This document shows, one piece after another, positions 8,409-17,803 of a stretch of 64,000 nucleotides of DNA (positions are counted from its first letter, which is position 1; each line of letters starts with the position of its first letter). This stretch comes from a virus (taxonomy: Duplodnaviria; Caudoviricetes), in the IMG/VR virus record IMGVR_UViG_3300007961_000135, positions 1 to 64,000 of that record. One strand, 5' to 3'. The position numbers were made by a program, and so were the translations under genes. The notes below the pieces were generated by a model. That model ran no database searches. It was not told the origin of the DNA and worked only from the letters and a program-made list of their open reading frames with translations.

Positions 8409-9320
8409 TTAATCTCCGTAGTAAACGGCAATAGGATGTACTACAATTAAATTATTCTCTTTTGTGGGAAGGACAGTTCTAAGTGCCTCGTTCACCGTGA
8501 ATTGAAGCGTTGCAAAGATATTTTTCTCATCGTTTGGATTAGTATCTTCACCAATAATGTTGGTTATTAGGCCAACACAAGTAATCTCACCTCCATATTT
8601 GAACCCCAAATTGACAGGATCAATGCGGAAATACTTATCATCAAGAGGAATCAAATAACCATCATAAGAAATTAGCATCCGTTTATATGGTAATATTTTT
8701 TGCAACGCAACTATAACATCCTGTGCATCATCGTATTGTTTATCGTTGGCGGAAACTAATTGTTTAATTTTTGCTCTTATTTGTGAACCGTTACTTCGTT
8801 GCTGCTGTCTATTCATGTTTGCCGTAGCTGAATTTGCCACAGATTCTATTTTTTCTTTTTCAGACTTTTTGATAAAGTCAATTATTCCACCTTTGGCAAA
8901 CATATTACCAAGAAAGTCAAAATCCACAAAGTCAAAAACGCGTTTTATTTCAATATAATCTCCGTAAGTTCCCTCGTCTTTATCATCAAAAGAGACGGTT
9001 CTCGGCTTAACGTCAGCGTATGCGATGCTAAAAGCTGCATCATGAAGAGTTTTATTTATTAGTTCTCTTGAGGAAGAACGATGAGAGTTTTCAGAACCTA
9101 TTTTTCCTTCAATATCAAAAGTTGCTTCTGCTTTTGCCAGTTTTAGAATGGAGCCTCCGGTTGTTCCTGAAATTTTGGTTCCGCCCTCCTTTTGTGTTTT
9201 CTTCTCGTCCTCGGTTTCTGTTTCTGTTGATATATCTGTTACGAATCCATTTTCTGTTTGAGCGATAATTGAATTTACAATATCGTTATCAAGGTATATA
9301 AATTGTTTCAATAATACCAC
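8409..9320 (-). CDS. DUF6414-like protein
   Basis: N-terminal 'FIYLDNDIVNSIIAQ' and 'LHDAAF' motifs; C-terminal 'PIAVY'. Confidence 0.65.
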   Translation of the reverse strand: MVLLKQFIYLDNDIVNSIIAQTENGFVTDISTETETEDEKKTQKEGGTKISGTTGGSILKLAKAEATFDIEGKIGSENSHRSSSRELINKTLHDAAFSIAYADVKPRTVSFDDKDEGTYGDYIEIKRVFDFVDFDFLGNMFAKGGIIDFIKKSEKEKIESVANSATANMNRQQQRSNGSQIRAKIKQLVSANDKQYDDAQDVIVALQKILPYKRMLISYDGYLIPLDDKYFRIDPVNLGFKYGGEITCVGLITNIIGEDTNPNDEKNIFATLQFTVNEALRTVLPTKENNLIVVHPIAVYYGD

Positions 9321-9366
9321 AACCTTTCTACAAATAAACCGTTTGAATTTGGAGTACGATCGGTTT

Positions 9367-10128
9367 TCATTCTCCTAAATCCTTATATGCTGTTTTGACC
9401 ATGAAAGCTGCCTTATCGCCACCATCGGGATTCAATCTCAAATAAAAGTGACCATCTCGTTCTATTATTACATGGTCTTTTTCATTTTCTTCAAGATTAA
9501 TCAATGGACGTTTTTCAGCAAACACCTTTTGGGCGTGTATTGTTTTAATATCAAATTCACTTTTTTCGAGTGACTCAAGCAGATAGAGCCAGTCGATATA
9601 CAAAAATAGAAACGCATCATATTGAAAGTAAAATGATTCTATAGGGATTCCACTCTGTTGTTCGAAATATATATCTCTATTAAAAAACACCTGCATTTGA
9701 TAAACTTGCTTTTCGTGTGAATAATAAACATCCGTGACGTATGATGGAATATTATTGTATGAATTAAGCTTTTTGTCAATTGTAAACGCTTTAGCCTTGT
9801 TGTAGTCGGATGAAATTATGTGCAAGTTATCATACGAACAATTCAGACCGTCATTGTCAAGATGTTCAATAATATTGTCGTTTGCAAGCATATTATCAAG
9901 TTTGTCTCCGCCGTATATATACGATAAAACAAACTTATGCAAAGAAGTATTCAGTTTGCCACACCAGAGGTACGGATGATTACCGGTTTTTAAAGTCCAA
10001 GTGTATCTTTGAACTTCATCAAGTAATCCGGGATAGTCGCTAATGCAAGCCCGTTTATCACCCCATTGATCACGTTTTAGATAAACTGCATTGCCTATAT
10101 GTTCAATTGACATATTCTCTGTTGGCAT
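9367..10128 (-). CDS. HNH endonuclease domain protein
   Basis: 'LHKFVL...IIEHLDNDGLNCSYDNLH' HNH motif; start reassigned to 10128 (AAAGGA SD), 1 nt after the R-M stop. Confidence 0.7.
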   Translation of the reverse strand: MPTENMSIEHIGNAVYLKRDQWGDKRACISDYPGLLDEVQRYTWTLKTGNHPYLWCGKLNTSLHKFVLSYIYGGDKLDNMLANDNIIEHLDNDGLNCSYDNLHIISSDYNKAKAFTIDKKLNSYNNIPSYVTDVYYSHEKQVYQMQVFFNRDIYFEQQSGIPIESFYFQYDAFLFLYIDWLYLLESLEKSEFDIKTIHAQKVFAEKRPLINLEENEKDHVIIERDGHFYLRLNPDGGDKAAFMVKTAYKDLGE

Positions 10129-10129
10129 A

Positions 10130-13100
10130 TTAAGTCCTTTCATCAGGCTGTAAATACTTTTGCAAAACTTCGTTTTGCTTTGTTCCAAGTTCTTTCAATT
10201 TTGCTTCCGCGCCGGTAATTTGCTTCTCCACCTCAAACACTTTCTGAATGACAGAATCTTGCTTGCTTCTTTCCGGAACGGTAAACGTGATGCCTTGAAC
10301 CCTATCGATTGACGCGCGATAAGAACGGGAGAATCCCATTTTGCGACCTTCGACCTCAAGTATATGCACCAGATATCGCGGGTTAACTTCTTCCGTTTTA
10401 CAACGCAAAACGCCGCAATGATCTGTCGGGTAGAATTCCTTGCTTTCCGGCATATAACTTGTCATCCAATCACCGTCGATGCCCCACAAAACAGACGGCA
10501 TGGAGAAATCAGTGGTCAAGAGTTTATCTATGTAGCCAAACGGTTCATTGACGTTTGCACTGAATACGGGGATTGTACCGTCTGAGACAAGCTCTTTGTC
10601 CAATACTCGCTTGCCTATGGACACGACAAACTTTTCCGGGTCAGACAGACTCAGTCTGTCCCCCCCCGGTTAGCTATATCTAACTCGGCAAACAGGTCTT
10701 CAATCTTCTGTCTATAGGTTTCAATGCTCATGCGAGTTGTTTTGTATTCCGCTTCAATCTTTGAACATTCATCAATTATTTGTTGTTGAGCTGGGATAGA
10801 CGGCACTGGAATCAGCATCTCCTCATAGAATGCTGCTGGAACACGTCTATGACCACTTGCTCCTGTCATCGCATCTTCAGCAGCTTCTCGCACCATGTTT
10901 TGATTAAGAAGTAAAAATAAATACTTTGTATAATATCGCTATCGTGGCATCTGAAGGTGTGAAACTCGCTGCTCCCAAAACCAATACCGTTAGTCAATCC
11001 TTCGACAATCGCGCATTTCCCATTTTCCATACATGGAGTTATTTTTGCTATGATAATATCTCCCTCTGCAAAGTATGTATATCCTCCGTTACGCACTTCA
11101 CCACATGGGCGATCTACTTTTGTTTCAATAAATCCTTCGTTACTTACAGATGACATATCAACAAATGAAACAAGCAAATCGTCTGAAATATCATGAATCT
11201 CGGTTTTTGAAGTGTTCATATCACAAACAGAAGATAGTTTTACTAATGGGTATTTACTTAATATGTTAAATGCTTTTTTGACACTCGTTCTTAGAGCTTT
11301 ATTGAAACTTAGACGCGAAAAGTCAAGCATGTCCTTTGTTTTTACAACTGATGCAAATGTAGCTTGATTCTCATTGAAAGAAGGAATCTTTTCATCGAAA
11401 GATTTTTTGATAACATATGAAAGCGTACTCTCTGACTCACGATCTGAATCATTATACATCTTTCCGCCCGGTGTAATTATCTGAATTCCTTCATTTCCTT
11501 TGCGGTTAGACCAATCGTATCCGAGAAAATCTTTCTGCTCTTTATTATCTGCCGGTGCTGTGATAATGACAGTAGTCTGTTGATAAACCAACGAGAAATA
11601 GAACAGCTTCTCTTGCTCAATTGAACGGGCAAAAGCATAAAACTTTTCAAGGTATATCGCTTGCTGTTCTTCGGCGGTTTTGCTTTTATATGCCTTTGTT
11701 TTCTGCAAATTCTTTGTGTCTGCCGAATCTGCAAAAGCAGCGACATACATTTTGAAATACTCTATTTCTTCCAATTCGGCGAGCAAATACTCCTTCTTGA
11801 GAAAAGCTTGGTATTCCTCTTCGCCAACCTCAATTTGCGCAAGATATGCTTCGAGAATCTCTTTGTCTTTCCAATCTGTCAATTCCGAGCCGCTGAAAAT
11901 GGCGTCAACGGAATCAGCCGACAAATCAATGCGTTTCGGCGGCTCGTTGAACTTTTCAAGGAACATAACAACCGTGTTTGTCCCGGTTGCACCGAACGTT
12001 TTAGAACCAAACGCCGCAATGCCGCGAATATAGAAATTTTGCAAAAGCTGCTCGCGTGCTCCTGTATAACTGGCGCTGTCATTTGAAAGAATGGAACTCG
12101 GCAGTATCACCGCCGCAATACCTTGCGGTTTAAGAAGCTGTCCGATTCTTTCTACAAATAGCGTTTCAATCTCGCCGCCGTTTAATCCGATACGGTCAAG
12201 GAGCGTGAAATTATTGTTTTTAAGTTGCAAATGTTGTTTGAAGTCTTTTACTGAATACGGCGGATTGGCAACCAAAATATCAAACGTACCGTTTTCAATG
12301 CCTTTATCCGGCGCATTTTCAAGTCCGTCGCCGAAGATGATATTTCCTTCGCCGGCGCCATTCATAAACAGAGATATTTTTGCAACACGGGCAAGACGGT
12401 AGTCTTTTTCAATACCGAAAATGTGATCTCTTGCCCATGCGTTGCTCTTGTTTTCATCAGACTTTATAAAATAGTTTATTGCTTCTATTGCCTCTGTCAA
12501 GAAATGCCCCGCACCACAGGCGTAGTCGATAACCTTAGGATAGACCGTTCCTCTGTCGGATTTTACCATACGATCAACAGGCAGACTATCCCAAATAAAC
12601 CGAGTGATCGGCATCGGGGTAAAGAACTGTCCTTCGTTTTGCTTAAAGCCCTTGTTCAAAAGTTGCTCGAACAAATCTCCGAGAAATTGATGCTTTGAGG
12701 GGTACACAATTCTGTATTTTTCAAACAACTGCACCATTTCAACGAGTATTTTGCCATTTTGATAGAATAATTCCTCGTTGTGAACGTCTTTGAAGGCGAA
12801 ATCGTTGTTAGAGTAGAATTTCAGAATACGAATCGTGTTTTGCAGATCTTCAATCGCTTTTTTGCGCTTTGATCCCGTGTATGTAGAAAACAGCCATTCG
12901 GGATAATCGGCTGAAACGTAAAGGATTTCTTCGCGCATGAATTTCTCCATGCCGTCCCTATGAAGACGTTGTAATCTGTCCTGCAACGTTTCGTATGTAT
13001 CGGTTCCTTGCTTATATTGGAATTCTACTTCGTCATCCTCGCCTTTTGTGCTTTCATCAACAAGCTTGCAAATGAATAGTGCAATAAGGCGGTTAAATGC

Positions 13101-13892
13101 ATTTTCTTTGTCGCTTACGTTGTTATGGCGAAGTATTTCCTCGAACTTATTGACGATTTTATCGTCAGGAGTAAAGTCGCGAAGGTTTTTCTTCAACAGA
13201 GGTTTAACACCGATTTTATAAGCAACCGAATCTGCCGAGAAAATCAGATCATCATGAATCTGATTTGCATATGTTTCTTTCCAGACCTCGTATCTTCCGG
13301 GAGCGGTATGAGCGTCGCGATACAGTTTTATGGATTTGTCCTTTTTTGATAAAAGGATAATATTGGCGTCATCTGAACAATCTATTGTTGGAGACTTATA
13401 CTCGATGCTTCCGTCCTTGTAATCAGAAGCATAGAGAACGAGCCATTTGCATGACTGTTCCTGCTGCCAGTAAGAGAACAACTGCGCTCCGTCGTTTTTT
13501 GTATCACTCAGCGCTTTATCAAACTCTCTACCCCAGGTTTTACACTCAACTATAAAGAGCATCGAGCCTTTTTCATCGGTTACGCAAATATCTGCACGGC
13601 CACTTTTTGCATCGTGTCCGAGATGCCATTCTTTTTCAAGTTCTATATGCTCGGGGCGATATCCTTTTTCAAGGAGACGGTTTACACACTCAAACACGAC
13701 GAAATTCTCTGGCGCGTCAAAACCATCGTTTCTATCCCGCCCCTTTATTTGTGTGGGATAATACAGTTTTTTGCCGGCAAAATCGACACTTAAAAATACT
13801 CCAAATGTTGCAAACTGTTTTTCAAGCACATTTCCACTGCCGGAAAATCCGAGTTTTATAAGAAGTTCCTTGAAATTTGATTGCGTAATCAT
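10130..13892 (-). pseudogene. Type IIG/type I-like R-M-S fusion (HsdR_N nuclease + N6-adenine MTase + two TRDs), split by two frameshifts as assembled
   Basis: 'RADI...ECK' nuclease, 'GQFFTP', 'DYACGAGHF', 'NPPY'; HsdS-like 'GSSEF', 'GASGHRRVP', 'IPVPSIPAQQQI'; frame breaks at about 10930 and at the G8 tract; restored length about 1254 aa. Confidence 0.85.
10660..10667 (-). repeat. G8 homopolymer tract in the linker between the two TRDs
   Basis: Plus-strand C8; G8 reads ANRGGTD*, G9 would read ANRGGDRLSLSDPEKFVVSIGKR into ORF 10130..10624. Confidence 0.85.
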
Positions 13893-13955
13893 ATGTCTGA
13901 TCTCCTTTTATGATTCCTTTTTGATTCTATCAAATACCTTGTCCCATAAAACGGA

Positions 13956-14561
13956 CTATTGGCAGATTTCTTTTATCGTTTCGTAAATCCACGACGTGAC
14001 GTACTGCGTTTCAGAGAGAAGCGCTTTGCGTTCGTCATCGGTGGTCACGCTTCGCAATTTTTCAATAATTTTTGGCGTAACGCCGTCTTTGCCGCAGGTT
14101 TTCAATGCTTGTACGATGAGCGCAGATTTTGGGGACATATTCGAGAGTTCTTTTTTTGCCGTTCTCTTGAAATACAGCGTCGCGTTTCCATAGGAATATT
14201 CCCGATAAGCGCCGTCACTTACATAAGCCCACTGGGAAGGAATCTGTTCGGACAATCCCAGAAGATTCAGCGCCGTATCACCGCAGGGAACGATGGTCCA
14301 ACCGTAATTACGCGCAAGAGCGTGGGCGACGTCATCCGGCGAGGGGGCGACGGTTCCGCCGAGCAGTTCGCTATGCTTCGGCTTATAATAAACGCCGCGC
14401 ATAACACGAGTAAGCGTGCCGTCGTTTTCAAGACGTGTAATCGCCTTGCGAACAGCTTCCGGATCGGCGAGATCGGAAAAGTCCGAGAGTATAAAAACGC
14501 TCCCGGTCTTGGCGGCTTCTATTCGGTTCCGGATCGAATCTGTGCAGCCTGATTGTCTCAT
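13956..14561 (-). CDS. AbiEi-type (DUF6088-like) type IV antitoxin / wHTH regulator, orphan
   Basis: 'RLENDGTLTRVMRGVYYKP', 'GDTALNLLGLSEQIP'; start 14561 with GAGGTG SD; no AbiEii toxin follows. Confidence 0.8.
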   Translation of the reverse strand: MRQSGCTDSIRNRIEAAKTGSVFILSDFSDLADPEAVRKAITRLENDGTLTRVMRGVYYKPKHSELLGGTVAPSPDDVAHALARNYGWTIVPCGDTALNLLGLSEQIPSQWAYVSDGAYREYSYGNATLYFKRTAKKELSNMSPKSALIVQALKTCGKDGVTPKIIEKLRSVTTDDERKALLSETQYVTSWIYETIKEICQ

Positions 14562-14673
14562 GTAGCACCTCTTTCTAATCGTCACTTTAATTATACCACA
14601 TTTGTGACAAATAATCAAGTGCTTTTTATGAACTTGCCGAAGAAAATGTGAAATCCCGTTCGCACGTTCCGTG

Positions 14674-14770
14674 TGAAAAGTGGGGGGCAGTTATTACATA
14701 TAATGAAATGAAGTTTCCGGAAGGTGGGCGCAATATTCTTATTTCGAAAAAAGTGGGTGCAATATTCAAA
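14674..14770. repeat. Three copies of the A(A/G)GTGGGNGCA(A/G)T motif also present at 2081 and 2207
   Basis: TGAAAAGTGGGGGGCAGTTAT (14674), GAAGGTGGGCGCAATATTC (14720), GAAAAAAGTGGGTGCAATATTCAAA (14746). Confidence 0.7.
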
Positions 14771-14810
14771 TATGGAAACAGCGGAGCCAAAGCCCCGCTG
14801 TTCGTTGGTA

Positions 14811-15092
14811 TTATTCGTTTGCTATTAAGTCGATTGATACACTTTCCGTCATCATCCTGATGCCGAGTGAGAAACCATACCGAAAGGCAGATAGTTCGGC
14901 GAGGGAATGTAGTTCATTGACTGCGTCATCGTACTTAGCAAGCGATTCCTTTTGTTGCTCGGTAAGTGTGGCGCTCAACTTATCACGATTCCTGCCCATT
15001 AAAGCGAGTAGGTTCTTGAAACGTCGGTCGTCATTCAGGACTGTTTCGTGCGGGTCAATGTTACCATACCACAGATCCTCCAGCACTGTCAT
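14811..15092 (-). CDS. DUF6809-like protein
   Basis: 'LEDLWYGNIDPHE' start and 'FRYGFSLGIRMM' end, typical neighbour of TnpV. Confidence 0.75.
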   Translation of the reverse strand: MTVLEDLWYGNIDPHETVLNDDRRFKNLLALMGRNRDKLSATLTEQQKESLAKYDDAVNELHSLAELSAFRYGFSLGIRMMTESVSIDLIANE

Positions 15093-15385
15093 ACGAATAT
15101 CACCTCGTTCAACACAATCTCATTGACCCTGTCGCGGATATTGTTCATGGCTCCGACCCACGCCATCTGATCACGGCGTTTCAGTTCCTCGGTGACACCT
15201 TCTTGCTTGGCAAATTGTTTTACCAGCTGAAAAACCATTTCATCCGCTTGCTCGTTGACCTCGCGCAGATAAGAGTTCAAGCAACCGTTCAGCCGCATCA
15301 CGCCGATTACGCTCGGCTTGGTAGCTTTCAAATGCTGATAGTGCCTTTGTCCCCAAATTCCAACACATTTCAGATCGTCTTTCAT
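15089..15385 (-). CDS. tnpV: TnpV transposon-encoded protein
   Basis: 'GIWGQRHYQHLK...GVTEELKRRDQMAWVGAMNNIR' signature. Confidence 0.85.
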   Translation of the reverse strand: MKDDLKCVGIWGQRHYQHLKATKPSVIGVMRLNGCLNSYLREVNEQADEMVFQLVKQFAKQEGVTEELKRRDQMAWVGAMNNIRDRVNEIVLNEVIFV

Positions 15386-15399
15386 TGCATAGCGCCTCC

Positions 15400-15585
15400 T
15401 CATCGATAATCAATAAACCTTGTCATATCCACGACGTCGGCATACTCATTGAGGATGTTGTGAAACATTCGAGAAGAAATATGCCCGTCGTGATACAGTT
15501 GCTCGATCAGTTTCAGCGCTGCGAAGCACAGCTCCGGATCCTTTTTTGCTTCTTCAATGTTGAACGATTTAGACTTGTCTTTCAT
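15400..15585 (-). CDS. Small hypothetical protein at the element end
   Basis: MKDKSKSF... 61 aa, AGGAGGT SD, upstream TACAAT -10 at 15611-15616. Confidence 0.6.
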   Translation of the reverse strand: MKDKSKSFNIEEAKKDPELCFAALKLIEQLYHDGHISSRMFHNILNEYADVVDMTRFIDYR

Positions 15586-15654
15586 ATGCAAACACCTCCT
15601 TTGCGATCTCATTGTACCGCAGGGGAGGTATTTTGAAAAATGTGCGATGGACGC

Positions 15655-15691
15655 AAAAACACCGCTTTGATTTCTCAAAGCGGTGCTTTTG
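15655..15691. terminator. Rho-independent terminator downstream of the recombinase
   Basis: CACCGCTTTGA-TTTC-TCAAAGCGGTG stem with A-tract on the left and T-tract on the right. Confidence 0.7.
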
Positions 15692-15700
15692 TAATCGGTA

Positions 15701-17323
15701 TCAGAGCAGAACTTTTACGGCAAAGCCGCCTTTGAAGAAGTAGGTGTTCGCCTGATACTGCTTTGGTGGCTCAAAGTTGAGCAAAGACGAACTTTCGGGG
15801 TAATCGTTATTTTCAACCGCTTCCGGCGGAATATCTAAAGGTACTCTTACGGTGTTGTTCTTGCCGGTGAAAGAGAAAACAATCTTGAGGTCGTTGTCGT
15901 AAACGTGCGCAGAAATGAGGAAAGTATCGAATAGCCGGGCCTGGGTCTTCTTGTCGGACACGTCACCGTTTTTGAACATCGAGAGGCCCTGCACTATCTC
16001 CTCGCGGGACACCGTGACTATGTCGGCCCTGGCTGCGGCGATCTGCCCCTCTATCTTCCCCTTCTCCAATTCCAGCTCCTGAAGGCGCTCCTTAGTGCTC
16101 TCCAGGATGATACCCTGCTCTATGGCCTTAATCATATTCTTGATACTCTGCTTCGTGCCGGCGAGCTGTTCTTCCAGCACGCTTAAATGGCTCTCCGCCT
16201 CTTTGCGCTCATTATAGGCGACAGTCTGATCGGCTATCCACTCTATCGTTTCGTCCTGCAGAGCATAGTCCATAATCGCTTTTGCGACCTGATACTCAAT
16301 GTCATCACGCCTGACGTTCTGCTTGTCGCAGGCCTTTTCAAATCGGCGCTTCTGGCAAGTATAGTAAAAATGCAGACTGCCATTCTTCCCCGTGCCGGAT
16401 ATGCCCGTCATGGGGGAGCCGCATTTTCCGCAGAACAGCTTGCCGGTGAGGAGGTAATCACCGTTTTCACGGTGCCGGCCTCTCGGATTGCTTTTCGTCT
16501 TTATCGCCTCCTGTACTTTATAAAAGAGCTCGTCGCTTACTATCCTCGGTATGCCGTTCTCGATTCGGACATCCCCATAGATGTAAATGCCCCGATACCG
16601 CTCGTTGCTGAGTATCTTATTGAAGCTTGACCGGCCCCACGGCTTTCCTCTTTGCGTTCTGAGGCCGCGGGCATTAAGGCTGTTGCATATATCTATGAGG
16701 TGCTCGTCGTCGGCAACGCGCTTGAAGATCTCCCGGACGACCTCGGCTTTAGCTTCGTCAACGGCATAGTGGAGAGTTTTATCCGCGACATACCCATAAG
16801 GCAGCTGCCCGTTTGTCACCATGCAGTTGGCGGCGTTGTCATAAAGGCCTCTGATGATGTCCTCGGCCATGTTCTCTGAATAGAACTGGTTGACGTTCAT
16901 CATAGAGCGGGCGGCGAAGCGCCCGGCGGCGGTGTCGTCGAAGTCTTCCTCAACATATAGGATTCTGACGCCCATGTCCTGGAGCCGCGCCTCGTTGATA
17001 AGCGCCTCCATCATATTTCGGCCTATACGGTTGCTCTTCCAGGCGATTACGTAACGGAAGCCGCCTCTCTGGGCGTCTTTCATCATCCGCTGGAAGCCAG
17101 TACGCTTATCCGTGCGCCCTGATACGGCGCGGTCAGAATAGGTCTCAATGACGTGTATGCCGAACTCGCCGGCCAGGCCGAGGCATTTTTCAAGCTGCTG
17201 TTCTATGGATATGTCCTTTTGCGCGTGGCTGCTGTACCGGGCATATATAACGCCGGCCTCGTCGAGCTTTTGCCCCCGCTTCGGTTTGGCGGGCTGGGAG
17301 CCGGAGGCTTTCTTCTTGGGCAA
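15701..17323 (-). CDS. Large serine recombinase (prophage integrase)
   Basis: 'IYARYSS' catalytic motif, 'YSDRAVSG', recombinase domain, Zn ribbon 'LFCGKCGSPM...YYTC...C', coiled coil; TTG start with AAAGGGGG SD. Confidence 0.92.
   Translation of the reverse strand: MPKKKASGSQPAKPKRGQKLDEAGVIYARYSSHAQKDISIEQQLEKCLGLAGEFGIHVIETYSDRAVSGRTDKRTGFQRMMKDAQRGGFRYVIAWKSNRIGRNMMEALINEARLQDMGVRILYVEEDFDDTAAGRFAARSMMNVNQFYSENMAEDIIRGLYDNAANCMVTNGQLPYGYVADKTLHYAVDEAKAEVVREIFKRVADDEHLIDICNSLNARGLRTQRGKPWGRSSFNKILSNERYRGIYIYGDVRIENGIPRIVSDELFYKVQEAIKTKSNPRGRHRENGDYLLTGKLFCGKCGSPMTGISGTGKNGSLHFYYTCQKRRFEKACDKQNVRRDDIEYQVAKAIMDYALQDETIEWIADQTVAYNERKEAESHLSVLEEQLAGTKQSIKNMIKAIEQGIILESTKERLQELELEKGKIEGQIAAARADIVTVSREEIVQGLSMFKNGDVSDKKTQARLFDTFLISAHVYDNDLKIVFSFTGKNNTVRVPLDIPPEAVENNDYPESSSLLNFEPPKQYQANTYFFKGGFAVKVLL
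15746..15792. other. Candidate att junction inside the recombinase 3' end
   Basis: GTTCG...TGGTGG...CGAAC inverted arrangement encoding 'SSLLNFEPPKQYQANT'; position inferred, second att not in window. Confidence 0.45.
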
Positions 17324-17359
17324 ATCACCACCCCCTTTCTTTATTACTTTATGAGTGGG

Positions 17360-17761
17360 TCATTTGCCGAGTGTCTTTGCAAGCTTATTACGAGCGTCTT
17401 TTACCACCGACATAGTACCGGTGCCCCTGTCTTTGTCACCAATAGCCAGTTTAATTGACAGCAGATAAATTGAAACTCCGTTATCATTGGAATAAGGTGT
17501 TCCATATAATGTGCCGGTCGGGCTGTCTGCCAGTTCTTTTTCAACCTGAGTGTCAATCAGAGTGGCGGACCAATCGAGCTTTTTCAGAGCGTCGGAAGCT
17601 GTGATTTTACCGTCTATATAATCGTCGGTGGTTTCCAGCGCGGCGCAGCCGAGCTCATACACATCATCGCTTAAATTATCCGGTTTTCCGCCGCCTCCGC
17701 AGCCGGAAAAAAGAGAAAGCAGAGCAACGGCTACAAGCAGAGAGGATATTATACGCTTCAT
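17360..17761 (-). CDS. Lysogeny-module lipoprotein
   Basis: Signal peptide and lipobox 'LFSGC'; GGAGG SD. Confidence 0.8.
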   Translation of the reverse strand: MKRIISSLLVAVALLSLFSGCGGGGKPDNLSDDVYELGCAALETTDDYIDGKITASDALKKLDWSATLIDTQVEKELADSPTGTLYGTPYSNDNGVSIYLLSIKLAIGDKDRGTGTMSVVKDARNKLAKTLGK

Positions 17762-17803
17762 ATCAATTCCTCCAGTTTTTAATCTTTGTTAATGGTTCAA
17801 AGT

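Larger units (their letters stand above)
1..15700 (-). mobile_element. Arm of an ICE/IME-like element with defence-type cargo (continues left of window)
   Basis: Co-oriented ParB, MobC-like pair, oriT-like inverted repeats, sigma70-R4-like regulator, DUF6809 and TnpV bracket AT-rich cargo; no relaxase or T4SS gene inside the window. Confidence 0.7.

Noticed and set aside
15746-15792. tRNA 3' end (GTTCG...CCACCA on the minus strand) as integration target
   Set aside because: 21 nt separate GTTCG from the final CCA instead of 16, and no T-stem or acceptor pairing forms.
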